DNA of 64,000 bases from an uncultured Bacilli bacterium (GCA_910587325.1 CAJUKB010000001.1:53883-117882); one strand, 5' to 3'; counted from the stretch's first letter, positions 20,010 to 29,992 are shown. Numbers and translations are program-made. The notes: generated from the sequence alone by a model not told the origin.

Positions 20010-22238
20010 TTACTCTTCACTAGTCTCTTCTTTTAATTTTACTAAAACTTCTCTAGGTTTTGAGCCGTTTTGTGGTCCTATTATACCACGTTCTTCTAAT
20101 AAATCAACGATTCTTGCCGCACGATTATAGCCAAGTCTAAATCTTCTTTGTAATAAAGAAGCGCTCACCTTTCCTGTTTCAATGGCAAATTTAACAACTT
20201 CATCATAAATTGGATCGTCGATATCGTCATTAGTTGGAGCTGCTCCGCCACTACTTGAAGTTTCTACGTTTCCAATCATTAATGAATCATCATAACTTGC
20301 TTCTTGTTGTTTACTTACAAACTTAATGATTTTATTGATTTCATCATCGGAAATATAGCATCCTTGGATACGTGTTGGAAATGGTGCTCCCATTGGTAAG
20401 TAAAGCATATCTCCTTTTCCAAGTAATTTTTCAGCTCCAGGGGCATCCAAAATGGTACGAGAGTCAATATAGCTTGCAACAGAGAATGCTATACGAGATG
20501 GAATGTTCGTTTTAATAACACCAGTAATGATATCGGTAGAAGGTCTTTGGGTTGCAACAATCAAATGAATTCCGGCAGCACGAGCAAGTTGGGTAATACG
20601 CATGATGGAATCTTCAACTTCTTTTTTGGCAACAATCATTAAATCAGCCATTTCATCTACTATAACAACCAAATAGTTCATTTTTACCTCAGGACTTTCA
20701 GGGTGTTTTTTATTTTCTTCTTCTATCTTTTTGTTATAATCTGCAATATTTTTAACCCCTTTTGCCGCTAAAATTTTATAACGTTTGTCCATCTCGACAA
20801 CTACTTTTTGCAAAACTAAGGAAGCTTTTTTTGGGTCAGTCACTACAGGTGCAAGTAAATGAGGCACTCCATTGTAATTGGATAACTCTACTTGTTTTGG
20901 GTCCACAAGCACTAATTTTACTTCATCAGGACGATAATGCATCAATAAGGAAATAATAATACTATTGATACACACAGACTTACCACTACCTGTAGAACCT
21001 GCTACTAATAAATGGGGCATTTTAGAAAGGTCTGCATTAATCGTTTTCCCTGAAATATCTTTTCCTAAAGTAACGAGTAAACCTTTTTTTATTTGTTCGG
21101 GATTTGCATCCCCTATTACTTCTTTTATTTTGACAGAAGCCACTTCTTTATTAGGAATTTCAACACCTATTGTACTTTTTCCAGGAATCGGCGCTTCAAT
21201 ACGAACATCTTTAGCTGCAAGAGCAAGAGCAATTTCTTTATTAATAGAGCTTACTCTACTTAATTTTGTCCCAGTTGGTACAACCACTTCGTATTGAGTA
21301 ACAGCAGGCCCAACATGAATTTCCACAACTTTTCCTGAAATTTGAAAATCATTTAAAACTCTTTCCAAGCACTCTTTATTACTACGAATAAATTCTGTTG
21401 AATTTACTTTTTTATTACGGGTTGGTTCATCTAAAAGTGTAAGTGGTGGCAATTTATAAGAACTATTTACGACATTGTTTGCAGTAGAAATTTCATTTGT
21501 TTCAAGCATTTTAGGTTCTTCTTGATTTTCCATGTTATGGGCTTTTAACTCCTCTACACTTGTAATCACTATTTTATCGTCATCAACATCTGCTCCAGTA
21601 ATTGGAACCATATCAGCTTCTTCTTCCCCTTTTTTCTCTTTTGGTTTTTTCTCACGTTTTTTAAATATTTTGCCAAACAGATTTCCAACATTGATATTAA
21701 ATAACATAATTAAACCAAATATAGCTAGAATGGTAATTACAATATAAGTTCCTGTTAACCCAAACAAAGCAGAAACAACAAAGGATAGTGCTGCCCCTAG
21801 TATTCCTCCACCTATGACAATAGAAGTTTGACCGGTGGAAGTTAAAATATTGGCTTTATTAATAGAATCCATTCTATCCATATAATTATTAATCGTTTCT
21901 TGAAATATACTCACTGGTTTTTCACAACTTCTGACAAAGGTCATATGGGATAAAATTAAAATCACCGCAATAATAATATAAATTCCAATTAATTTTGAAG
22001 ATACAAAATTCGGTAGTTTTCTTTTGATTAGCATATGTACTCCTAAAATAAGAACTAAAATAAGGACACAAAACCACCATTCTCCAAGTAAAAACATGGC
22101 AAATTCTTTTAATATTGCCCCCACAGGACCGAATCCAAAACCAATTAAACCGATTAAAATTAAAATTAAACCTGTAAGTTCAACACTATATTCAAATTTA
22201 TTTGCACTTTCTTCTTTTGATTTTTTCTTCTTTGCCAT
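20010..22238 (-). CDS. ftsK: DNA translocase FtsK/SpoIIIE
   Basis: N-terminal TM helices. Walker A GSTGSGKS, Walker B VIVDEMADLM. C-terminal gamma winged helix LLQRRFRLGYNRAARIVDLLEERGIIG. MAKKKK start at 22238 preferred over 22286. Confidence 0.95.
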   Translation of the reverse strand: MAKKKKSKEESANKFEYSVELTGLILILIGLIGFGFGPVGAILKEFAMFLLGEWWFCVLILVLILGVHMLIKRKLPNFVSSKLIGIYIIIAVILILSHMTFVRSCEKPVSIFQETINNYMDRMDSINKANILTSTGQTSIVIGGGILGAALSFVVSALFGLTGTYIVITILAIFGLIMLFNINVGNLFGKIFKKREKKPKEKKGEEEADMVPITGADVDDDKIVITSVEELKAHNMENQEEPKMLETNEISTANNVVNSSYKLPPLTLLDEPTRNKKVNSTEFIRSNKECLERVLNDFQISGKVVEIHVGPAVTQYEVVVPTGTKLSRVSSINKEIALALAAKDVRIEAPIPGKSTIGVEIPNKEVASVKIKEVIGDANPEQIKKGLLVTLGKDISGKTINADLSKMPHLLVAGSTGSGKSVCINSIIISLLMHYRPDEVKLVLVDPKQVELSNYNGVPHLLAPVVTDPKKASLVLQKVVVEMDKRYKILAAKGVKNIADYNKKIEEENKKHPESPEVKMNYLVVIVDEMADLMIVAKKEVEDSIMRITQLARAAGIHLIVATQRPSTDIITGVIKTNIPSRIAFSVASYIDSRTILDAPGAEKLLGKGDMLYLPMGAPFPTRIQGCYISDDEINKIIKFVSKQQEASYDDSLMIGNVETSSSGGAAPTNDDIDDPIYDEVVKFAIETGKVSASLLQRRFRLGYNRAARIVDLLEERGIIGPQNGSKPREVLVKLKEETSEE

Positions 22239-22309
22239 ATCTATTCTCACCATCTTCATTATAGCAAGGACAAACTTTAAATGCATTAAAAAAGTACCTT
22301 TTTTGACAC

Positions 22310-22978
22310 TTATTTCCTTCTAGGATACCTTCTTCTTGTGATTACTTGATTTTCTTTTATATATTCTTTCATCTTTTGCAACTCTTCCTCTAAATTTATT
22401 GTTTTTAAATACTTTGCTATTTTTTCAGTTTCATAATTAAATCTTGGCATTAATGATTTTATGTATTCATAATATATTTCATATTCATCCCAACGTTGTT
22501 TTATAGTTTCTTTTTTTAATCCTTTTTTTATTATTTGTTCTGTCCAAAAAGTATTTTTAAAATAGCAATAGTCATTTTTTCTTAATGGATCTTGCCATAC
22601 TCCATTATGAGTAAAATCCACAACAAAACTATTTTGAAATAAGTTTTTTTCTATAATATATTCTGGTAAAGGCATATAATAACCTACTAAACTATCATCA
22701 TAATAGGTTTCTACATTGCCATAAAATCCATATTCTAATTTTGGAATAATTATACTAGGTAATTCAATTTTCGCTACAATAGGATTATTGTTTCTTTTCA
22801 TATAATACAAAGCATGATCTAAATATTTAAAAAAATGAATATACTCTTTACCTTCTTGGTAATTTGCTGAATTTTGCCCTTTAATCGTTGAACTAGAAAA
22901 AGTTTTAACTTCTTTATTTATTCTAGTAATTAATTCGCTACTAGACATTGTTCTATAAACATACATTTTTATCACCAT
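22310..22978 (-). CDS. hypothetical protein, last gene of the paralog cluster
   Basis: 222-aa ORF, no motif I recognise. Basic C-terminus RRRYPRRK. An alternative start at 22966 has a better RBS. Confidence 0.55.
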   Translation of the reverse strand: MVIKMYVYRTMSSSELITRINKEVKTFSSSTIKGQNSANYQEGKEYIHFFKYLDHALYYMKRNNNPIVAKIELPSIIIPKLEYGFYGNVETYYDDSLVGYYMPLPEYIIEKNLFQNSFVVDFTHNGVWQDPLRKNDYCYFKNTFWTEQIIKKGLKKETIKQRWDEYEIYYEYIKSLMPRFNYETEKIAKYLKTINLEEELQKMKEYIKENQVITRRRYPRRK

Positions 22979-22985
22979 TATTTTT

Positions 22986-23858
22986 CTATTTATTTTTTGC
23001 TAATTTTAAATTATAACTATTTTGGGAATGGCAATGTTCTAAATAATCTATTATTTTTTCCTCTTCTACTTGATGAAAATAAAAAGTTCCATCCATACCC
23101 TTTTCGTATACATAATAAAGAATTTGATTACTTAACTCTAAAGGATAAACCTCTACAAACTCGTTATTCTCTAAATTATAAAATTGCGTAGATATAAATT
23201 TTCTACCAGTTAGTTCCAATAAAATTTCAAAAATAGAATTTGTACCTGAACAATAACCAATAAAACATTTTCTTGGAAAGTTTATAATATCTGCTACCCC
23301 TTTAAAAACTTTTTGTAATATTTCATCACAGGATAAGTTATTATGAGAAAGTTCTTTTTTAATTAAGCAAATTGCTTCTTCAAATGTCATTTTTTGTTTA
23401 TATTTTATTTTTTTATCTATTTGGTCAAAAAAGACATTTGTAGGCTTTGAAAACCTCATATTTATAATTTCTTTTCCTAATTTAATGGCACTTAAATCGT
23501 AAAGGCCGAGCATTAAATCTGCAAATAAAACGCCATAGTTTTTTGTTGTAATTTCTACTAAACTATGTTGGAATTTGGCTATATTGCTTTTCAAAACTTT
23601 AGCTTCTATTCCAAACGCTTTTAATAAATCAACAAATAAATAGTTCAAAGTTTCACATACAATTTCAAATTCTTCTACATTTTCAATATTTATTCTTTTT
23701 TTAGCAAGTTCTTCTTTTTCTAACTTCTCTACAATATCAAAACGAGGGTCATAATCAAAAATTTGTCCTATTCTAATATATAAATAACGAATAATTTCTA
23801 ATTCATCCGTTAATTTTAAAGAAGATATTTCTTCTTGCATTTGTTTTAATAAATTCAT
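22986..23858 (-). CDS. transglutaminase-like fold protein, paralog 1 of 3
   Basis: Aligns along its whole length with the next two ORFs. Conserved Cys (IVCETLNYLFVDLLKAFGIEAKV), His (QHSLVEI) and Asp (FADLM). Confidence 0.6.
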   Translation of the reverse strand: MNLLKQMQEEISSLKLTDELEIIRYLYIRIGQIFDYDPRFDIVEKLEKEELAKKRINIENVEEFEIVCETLNYLFVDLLKAFGIEAKVLKSNIAKFQHSLVEITTKNYGVLFADLMLGLYDLSAIKLGKEIINMRFSKPTNVFFDQIDKKIKYKQKMTFEEAICLIKKELSHNNLSCDEILQKVFKGVADIINFPRKCFIGYCSGTNSIFEILLELTGRKFISTQFYNLENNEFVEVYPLELSNQILYYVYEKGMDGTFYFHQVEEEKIIDYLEHCHSQNSYNLKLAKNK

Positions 23859-23897
23859 ACCAAACCCCTCTTTTGTTAAAAAAATGTATATAAATTC

Positions 23898-24848
23898 TTA
23901 GGCAGATTTTTTCTTCTTGATTAATTTAAGATTTTTATTTCTTACCGTTACTGTTAACTCTAATTCAGAAATTTTATGAAATGAATAAAAGCTATCTTTT
24001 TCCTTTTGATAACTAAAATAAATAATATTGTTGTCTTTTTTTACTAGGAATAATTCCATTTCCAAACCATCCTCTTGATTTAAAAAATGAGTGTGGTTCA
24101 TTTCATATTGTTCAATAAAAAAATTTAATAAATAATATATATAAGTAACACCACTCACAAAGCCAATTGACTTTCTTTTAAAATTCATAATCATTTCAAT
24201 GATTTTAAATACTTGATAGGTATATTCTTCTTGGCTCCATTTTTCTTGTCTTTTTTTTAGTTCTAATTCCTCTTTTAAAAAGTTCAACCCTTCTTCAGTA
24301 GAAATCCCATTAATATAAATCATTTTATCAATTTCATCAAATGTCGTATCTTCTTTAGGAGCGATTGGATGGATTTGACGATTATAATTAGGTTTTAAAC
24401 CAAATTTAATTCTGGTAATGTCTTCATTTCCACTGGTTAAATCGGCTAGATAAGTTTTTTCATCGATATTATAAATAACGTAGACATGTGCTTTTGTATC
24501 TACCACTTTAGCGGGTATTCCAAAATGATTTAATAATTCAACATACATATAAGCATAAGAATCACAAATGATTGAAAAATCGGTAACATTTCTGATGTTT
24601 ACTCTTTTTCTTTTTAGCTTTTCTTTTTTTTCTTCGGTTGCGTATTCTAAACCAACATCATATTCAAATAATTCTCCTAATCTGATATAAATGTATCTGG
24701 CAATGGCATAGGAATTATTTTTTAAACCTAATAAATTGATTTCTTTTTCTAAAATACTTAATAAATCAAATGGCTCTTCTTTTTCTTGTAACTTATATAC
24801 TTCGTCTTTTAGTATTGTTCTTAATTTAAATCGAGTAATTGTTTTCAT
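23898..24848 (-). CDS. transglutaminase-like fold protein, paralog 2 of 3
   Basis: IICDSYAYMYVELLNHFGIPAKV, AHVYVIY, LADLT, in the same spacing as paralogs 1 and 3. Confidence 0.6.
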   Translation of the reverse strand: MKTITRFKLRTILKDEVYKLQEKEEPFDLLSILEKEINLLGLKNNSYAIARYIYIRLGELFEYDVGLEYATEEKKEKLKRKRVNIRNVTDFSIICDSYAYMYVELLNHFGIPAKVVDTKAHVYVIYNIDEKTYLADLTSGNEDITRIKFGLKPNYNRQIHPIAPKEDTTFDEIDKMIYINGISTEEGLNFLKEELELKKRQEKWSQEEYTYQVFKIIEMIMNFKRKSIGFVSGVTYIYYLLNFFIEQYEMNHTHFLNQEDGLEMELFLVKKDNNIIYFSYQKEKDSFYSFHKISELELTVTVRNKNLKLIKKKKSA

Positions 24849-24894
24849 AAAAACCTCTTCTAAAAAAATTATTATAAGAATGTTTTTCTATTTG

Positions 24895-25773
24895 TCAATC
24901 TTTTTGTCTTTTTAAACTTAAGTTAGAGCCACTAATAAAACTACATTTTTCTTTTAAATCGGCAATTACGGCTTCGTTTACTTCGTGCAGTTCATATTTT
25001 CCTGGTGCTACCTCTTGATACGCAAAATAACAATTCTTTCCATTTTTTAAAAAGGTATATACTTCTGCATAAAAGTTTTCTTCGTTATTCACAAAATGTG
25101 TATTGTGTGGCCTATTTTTTAATTTTAAAAATGTAAACATTAATTTATTAATGAATTGAATTCCAGTAATATAGTCTATATCAAATCCCCAAATGCTTGA
25201 ATTCAAACAACCTTCGATAAATTTAAATACGCGATAATTATACTCTTTATCACTTTTTGAATACTCTTTTTCTAATTTTTCTTTTGCAATCTCTAAAAAC
25301 TTTTCTAAACTTCTACCCTTTTTATTTTTTTCTTCAATATCTTTTTTTTCATCATCATTTTTAATTTGAATATTATACTGCGGTTCAAAGTTGAATTTTA
25401 TACGAATAATATCTTCAAATCGCGCCATTAAATCCATATAATATTTGTTTCCATTGATAATAGCCTCAACCCCAGCATGTTCTTTGCCATTTTCATTACA
25501 CATAATAACAACACGAGCGTCAATATTAAAAGAATGCAATAAATCTACAAAAGCATACGCCCATGAAAAACAGTTTAGGGAAAATTTTTGGACATTTCTT
25601 ACATCAATACGTTCCGCATTTAAAATTTGTCTTTCTTCATCGGTACAAAAAGCAGACTTTGGATCAAAAGTGAAAATCTGCCCGCTTCTTTTATATAAAT
25701 GGTCCTTAATCTCTTCTAAAGTTGTAATATTTTCTGATAGAATTTCTTTTTTCATTAATTCTACTAAATCCAT
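24895..25773 (-). CDS. transglutaminase-like fold protein, paralog 3 of 3
   Basis: LNCFSWAYAFVDLLHSFNIDARV, EHAGVEA, YMDLM, in the same spacing as paralogs 1 and 2. Confidence 0.6.
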   Translation of the reverse strand: MDLVELMKKEILSENITTLEEIKDHLYKRSGQIFTFDPKSAFCTDEERQILNAERIDVRNVQKFSLNCFSWAYAFVDLLHSFNIDARVVIMCNENGKEHAGVEAIINGNKYYMDLMARFEDIIRIKFNFEPQYNIQIKNDDEKKDIEEKNKKGRSLEKFLEIAKEKLEKEYSKSDKEYNYRVFKFIEGCLNSSIWGFDIDYITGIQFINKLMFTFLKLKNRPHNTHFVNNEENFYAEVYTFLKNGKNCYFAYQEVAPGKYELHEVNEAVIADLKEKCSFISGSNLSLKRQKD

Positions 25774-25824
25774 ACTAAAAACCCCTCTTACTTGTCATCA
25801 TTATAGCATAAAAAAAGATTTTTG

Positions 25825-26874
25825 TCAATTTCGTGTAAACTTTTGTCTTTTTAGACTTGCTTTTTTTAATTCTTTTTTTCGTACACCCTTTGTTAGCATT
25901 AAAGGATGGAACAAAAAATCAATAGAATCCGCTTTATCTACAAGCGTTAAAATCCAACTTTCTTTGTATTTTGGGATTTTTTTATTTAATGGAAACATAT
26001 GGGTACTAATCATACTCTCTATTTTTTCATTCATTAAATTTGGAAAAAACTTTAAAGCATTTTTTCGGGCATTCTCTGCATGAGTAAATCCATGTCTTTG
26101 TAGGATTGGTTTACGTTCAAAATCACTTTGCCAGGGTTTTTCATAAAAATCGTGTAAAAGTCCAGCAATTGCAAGGGCTTTATAATCCAAACCTCTTTTC
26201 TTTCCTATTTTATAACAATCAAAGGAAACTCTTAACGTATGTTCATAAACACTTTCGTTATAATGATGTGGATATTCTTTTCTCTTTAAAAATTCTTTGC
26301 TTTCTAAAATTGGTTTTACAATTTCATAGTATTCTTTATTGTCTTTTTTGACGTTTTTTTTTTGATTTTTGTTTACGATATAAGCGTTTACATACTGAAT
26401 TAAACTTGCAATTTGAAAAATGGCAGTTAAAATAACGAACAAATTCACCGGAATATTGATATTTTTTAGTAATATATTAATAAATCCTAAAATAATAGTT
26501 ATGAAAATCACCCAAGTTTTTATCTTTCCAATTAATAAGGAAGTAACAGTTTTACATTTATAAAAGGTATATATATTAAATAAAGCGATTATGCCTTCTA
26601 AAACAAGGACATAGAAAAAATAATGGTTATCAAAAATTAAAATAGCAAGTAAAGAAAATGCTAAACACTTATCTCCAATCGCATCCAATTTAGCTCCAAG
26701 CTCACTTGTAACATTCCAACGTCTTGCTAGTTTTCCATCTAAAAAGTCTGTTAAAGCAATAAAAATGGCAAGAATAACTAAGGCAAGAAATTGATTGTTA
26801 ACTCCTAAATAAATAACCAAAGGTGTAACCAAAAGACGAGATAAAGTTAAAATATCAGGTATTATTTTTTTCAT
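25825..26874 (-). CDS. pgsA: CDP-alcohol phosphatidyltransferase (PgsA-like) fused to a C-terminal HD-domain phosphohydrolase
   Basis: The N-terminal ~165 aa are polytopic with the full signature DG-x2-AR-x8-G-x3-D-x3-D (DFLDGKLARRWNVTSELGAKLDAIGDK). The C-terminal ~180 aa carry HD-type motifs (YEHTLRVS..., GLLHDFY). Confidence 0.8.
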   Translation of the reverse strand: MKKIIPDILTLSRLLVTPLVIYLGVNNQFLALVILAIFIALTDFLDGKLARRWNVTSELGAKLDAIGDKCLAFSLLAILIFDNHYFFYVLVLEGIIALFNIYTFYKCKTVTSLLIGKIKTWVIFITIILGFINILLKNINIPVNLFVILTAIFQIASLIQYVNAYIVNKNQKKNVKKDNKEYYEIVKPILESKEFLKRKEYPHHYNESVYEHTLRVSFDCYKIGKKRGLDYKALAIAGLLHDFYEKPWQSDFERKPILQRHGFTHAENARKNALKFFPNLMNEKIESMISTHMFPLNKKIPKYKESWILTLVDKADSIDFLFHPLMLTKGVRKKELKKASLKRQKFTRN

Positions 26875-26947
26875 ACTTGCTTCCTACTTTCTTTTTAATT
26901 ATACCAAAAAAACAATAAAAAAACATTAAATATTGTATTTAATGCTA

Positions 26948-27382
26948 TTATAAGTATATTTTTAAACCTTCAATATTATTCTTTAAAGAAGAAAGAAGTT
27001 TTTCTGCTAACTTAACGGCTTCTTCATCACTTTCATTATAAGAATTCATAGCGTTTTCTAATTTTACAATCCCTTTACTCGTTCCTTCTACCATCATCTT
27101 AGCAATCTCACTATCCTCTTTATTTTTCATAAGTTTTACTTCACTCATCACTTTACTATTTATTTTCACCATTTTTCCAAGTTCTTTTTCTTTTGCTCCG
27201 TAAGATGCAAAAATAGTTTCGCTTTCGTTTAAAATTTCGTCATATTCTTGTCTTTGGCTTTCTAAAAATGTACGAAATTCAGACTTTTTTACTTTATCAA
27301 TAACATCGTTAATGCCAATAACGCCCATTTCTACAATTTGATAAATCGTATTTAAAAATTCAATATTTTTGTTTTCTTTCAT
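26948..27382 (-). CDS. hypothetical helical protein
   Basis: 144-aa ORF, charged and helical in composition. No motif recognised. Confidence 0.55.
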   Translation of the reverse strand: MKENKNIEFLNTIYQIVEMGVIGINDVIDKVKKSEFRTFLESQRQEYDEILNESETIFASYGAKEKELGKMVKINSKVMSEVKLMKNKEDSEIAKMMVEGTSKGIVKLENAMNSYNESDEEAVKLAEKLLSSLKNNIEGLKIYL

Positions 27383-27423
27383 TTAAAAATCACCCATTAC
27401 TAGTATGAGTGATTTTTATGATT

Positions 27424-29058
27424 TTATACTTCTTGCACAACTGCAATAATCATTGGTTTGCATTCTGTTTCTTCGTATAAATACTTACTTAATTCGGTAC
27501 GAATTTCGGTTTTAATTTTGTTGAAATCCACAAAATTATCTACAATATTTCTAGTAATTACATCTTCCGAGATTTTTTTGATTTCATAAATAATTTCTTT
27601 AGAATCTTTGACATAAATAAATCCTCTTGTGGTGACTTCAGGACCAACAAGCAATGTTTTTGTTTTCTTACTTAATGTAGCACTAATTAAAACAATCCCA
27701 TTTTCACTTAACATTTCTCTATCTTTAATAACAAGCTCTCCTACATCGTCGCTACTTTTCCCATCAATTAAGATATCGTTTACTTTGATGTGTTCCATTT
27801 TCTCTATTAATTTTCCATCTTCAAAATTCACGACATCCCCATTTTGTTTTAGAATAATATTTTCTTTTGGTATGCCAAGAGAACTTGCTAAATCAGCATT
27901 TTCTACTAAATAGCGATATTCTCCTTTTACAGGCATATAATATTTTGGATTTGTAAGTTTTAACATCAACATTAAATCTTCACTAGAAGCATGGTGTAAA
28001 ATATTTTTGTCTTTTGGAATTCCAATAATACGGCAACCAAACATCGCAAGGTCATTTTCAATTTTCACAAGTAATTTTTCGTTGCTATCGTATCTTGGCT
28101 CTGCAAAAACAACTGTGTCTGTTGGTTTTAAATGAATGTATCTGTCGTAGCCATTTAGAACTTTACTTATAGAGGCATACGGATTTTCTTTGTCATCACT
28201 CATTAATAAAATGGCATCTTCCTCTTCAATGTTGGATAAATCTCCAAGTAAATCATCCGGAAATTTTAAATAGCCTTCTTTTTTAGAAAACATAACTACA
28301 TTTTGCAATTTTTTTCCCATTAAAACAATTTTACGATGTTTGTTTAACGCACTATTAAATATATCTTGAATGGTGTAAAGATGTGTTGGTAATACCAAAA
28401 ATAATAAACGTTTTTCATACTTATTGACAATATCTTTAAAAAACTCTTCTAAACGATGTGTTGGAGAAGTATGTCCTACTCTTTCGGAAAAAATAGATTC
28501 ACTCATCAAACAAAGAACTCCTTGTTTTCCTACATAAGCAATACGACCTAAATCCATATCATAATGCCCTGTCATTTTAGAATCAATGATAAAATCTCCA
28601 GTATAGCAAATAGCTCCATCTTTGGTATTTACAACAAACATAACAGAATCTGGACAACTATGCGATACAGTGATTGGGAAAATACTCACACTTCCAAAGT
28701 TTAGTTTCTTATGAGGAGTAATCTCCATAATGTTTTTTTCAGGAACTCCTGATTCGATTAACTCATATTTCGTAAACTTAGTAGCAAACAAACGAATTTC
28801 TGGAATGTTTTTTACGAGGTCACTCGCCCCACCCATATTTTCGTAATGTCCATGCGTTAAAAAAACACCTTTAATTCTTTTCTTGTTTTTCACTAAGTAA
28901 TCAAAATCCGGAATAATATAATCTATTCCTAACATGTTTCCACTTGCATATTTTAAACCACAATCAAAAACAAAGATACTTTTGTCAATTTCTAAGACAT
29001 ACGTATTTTTTCCATTTTCATCAAGCCCACCAAGGCTAAAAATTTTAATTTTACTCAT
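27424..29058 (-). CDS. rnj: ribonuclease J family protein with degenerate metallo-beta-lactamase motif
   Basis: IFSLGGLDENGKNTYVLEI...FDCGLKY N-terminus and overall length are typical of RNase J. Motif II reads THGHYENMGG instead of HxHxDH. Confidence 0.8.
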   Translation of the reverse strand: MSKIKIFSLGGLDENGKNTYVLEIDKSIFVFDCGLKYASGNMLGIDYIIPDFDYLVKNKKRIKGVFLTHGHYENMGGASDLVKNIPEIRLFATKFTKYELIESGVPEKNIMEITPHKKLNFGSVSIFPITVSHSCPDSVMFVVNTKDGAICYTGDFIIDSKMTGHYDMDLGRIAYVGKQGVLCLMSESIFSERVGHTSPTHRLEEFFKDIVNKYEKRLLFLVLPTHLYTIQDIFNSALNKHRKIVLMGKKLQNVVMFSKKEGYLKFPDDLLGDLSNIEEEDAILLMSDDKENPYASISKVLNGYDRYIHLKPTDTVVFAEPRYDSNEKLLVKIENDLAMFGCRIIGIPKDKNILHHASSEDLMLMLKLTNPKYYMPVKGEYRYLVENADLASSLGIPKENIILKQNGDVVNFEDGKLIEKMEHIKVNDILIDGKSSDDVGELVIKDREMLSENGIVLISATLSKKTKTLLVGPEVTTRGFIYVKDSKEIIYEIKKISEDVITRNIVDNFVDFNKIKTEIRTELSKYLYEETECKPMIIAVVQEV

Positions 29059-29191
29059 ACTAAATCTCTCTTTTCTAATTCAATTTAATTTTTTTTATTT
29101 TTTAAAAGTTTTTTGCAGCAGATTCATTATAGCAAAAAAAAAAAACTTTTTCAACCGATTTTGAAAGACAAAAAAACAACCAACAAAATGG

Positions 29192-29977
29192 TTATTTTTC
29201 AGAGATAAGTTCACTCAAGGGAATAATACTTAATCCTTTAAAATTAATTTCTTTTATTAACAATTTTAAATGTTCTAGATTCGCATTTTTCTTTATTAAA
29301 ATTATAGCCCCACTATCTATTTTTGCTTTGGCTTCAACAATATTATTACCACCTAAAGAAAACGTTTCTTCTACCAAATATTTTTGTTCTTTTATACAAT
29401 ATTCTTTTGCAATTTCTTTTATATAGCAAATATTTTTATTTTGATTGTTTTTATTAAGTAAACTTTCTACGTTTTTATACTTTTCTTTATCATTGTTAAT
29501 CTGTTCAAAGAAACTTCCATTTTCATAAGTGGATTCCAGAATTAACAAGTTAGCTTTGATTTTATTGTCTTTTAAATATTTCTTAATAGTTTCGTTACCA
29601 TCTTCTAATAAAAGCGTTACTGCCTTTTTGCTTTTATTTCCTTCTTTAATAACTTTGTCTTTATTATCTTCTAACGAAATATCCGGTTTTACATCATCAA
29701 AAATCAAATAATATTCATTAAAAATTCCAAATGCTTTCATATTCACATAACTTTTGGTTTTGTTAACCATTCTTCCCATAATACCTGGAACAATGTAATT
29801 GGAATCCACAGAAGCATTAGTAGCATTTACAACGTAACTTTCTTCTACCTCATTTATACTTTGCATAATTGGACTTTTATTTTGCATAATGCTAGCAATT
29901 TTCTCTGTATAATAGAAACTAAAAAGCATAATAGCCACTAGACCAATGGGTTTATATAATTTTTTCAAAAAAATCAC
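29192..29977 (-). CDS. membrane-anchored protein, weakly resembling divergent polysaccharide-deacetylase-family sporulation proteins
   Basis: N-terminal TM anchor. AVTLLLEDGNETIKKYLKDNKIKANLLI loosely parallels the deacetylase NodB core but lacks the catalytic residues. Function uncertain. Confidence 0.4.
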   Translation of the reverse strand: MIFLKKLYKPIGLVAIMLFSFYYTEKIASIMQNKSPIMQSINEVEESYVVNATNASVDSNYIVPGIMGRMVNKTKSYVNMKAFGIFNEYYLIFDDVKPDISLEDNKDKVIKEGNKSKKAVTLLLEDGNETIKKYLKDNKIKANLLILESTYENGSFFEQINNDKEKYKNVESLLNKNNQNKNICYIKEIAKEYCIKEQKYLVEETFSLGGNNIVEAKAKIDSGAIILIKKNANLEHLKLLIKEINFKGLSIIPLSELISEK

Positions 29978-29992
29978 CTAATAAACTATATG

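Noticed and set aside
29134-29145. A12 homopolymer in the intergenic region upstream of rnj.
   Set aside because: Long A/T runs are common in this AT-rich genome. It lies outside coding sequence and has no obvious promoter spacing role.
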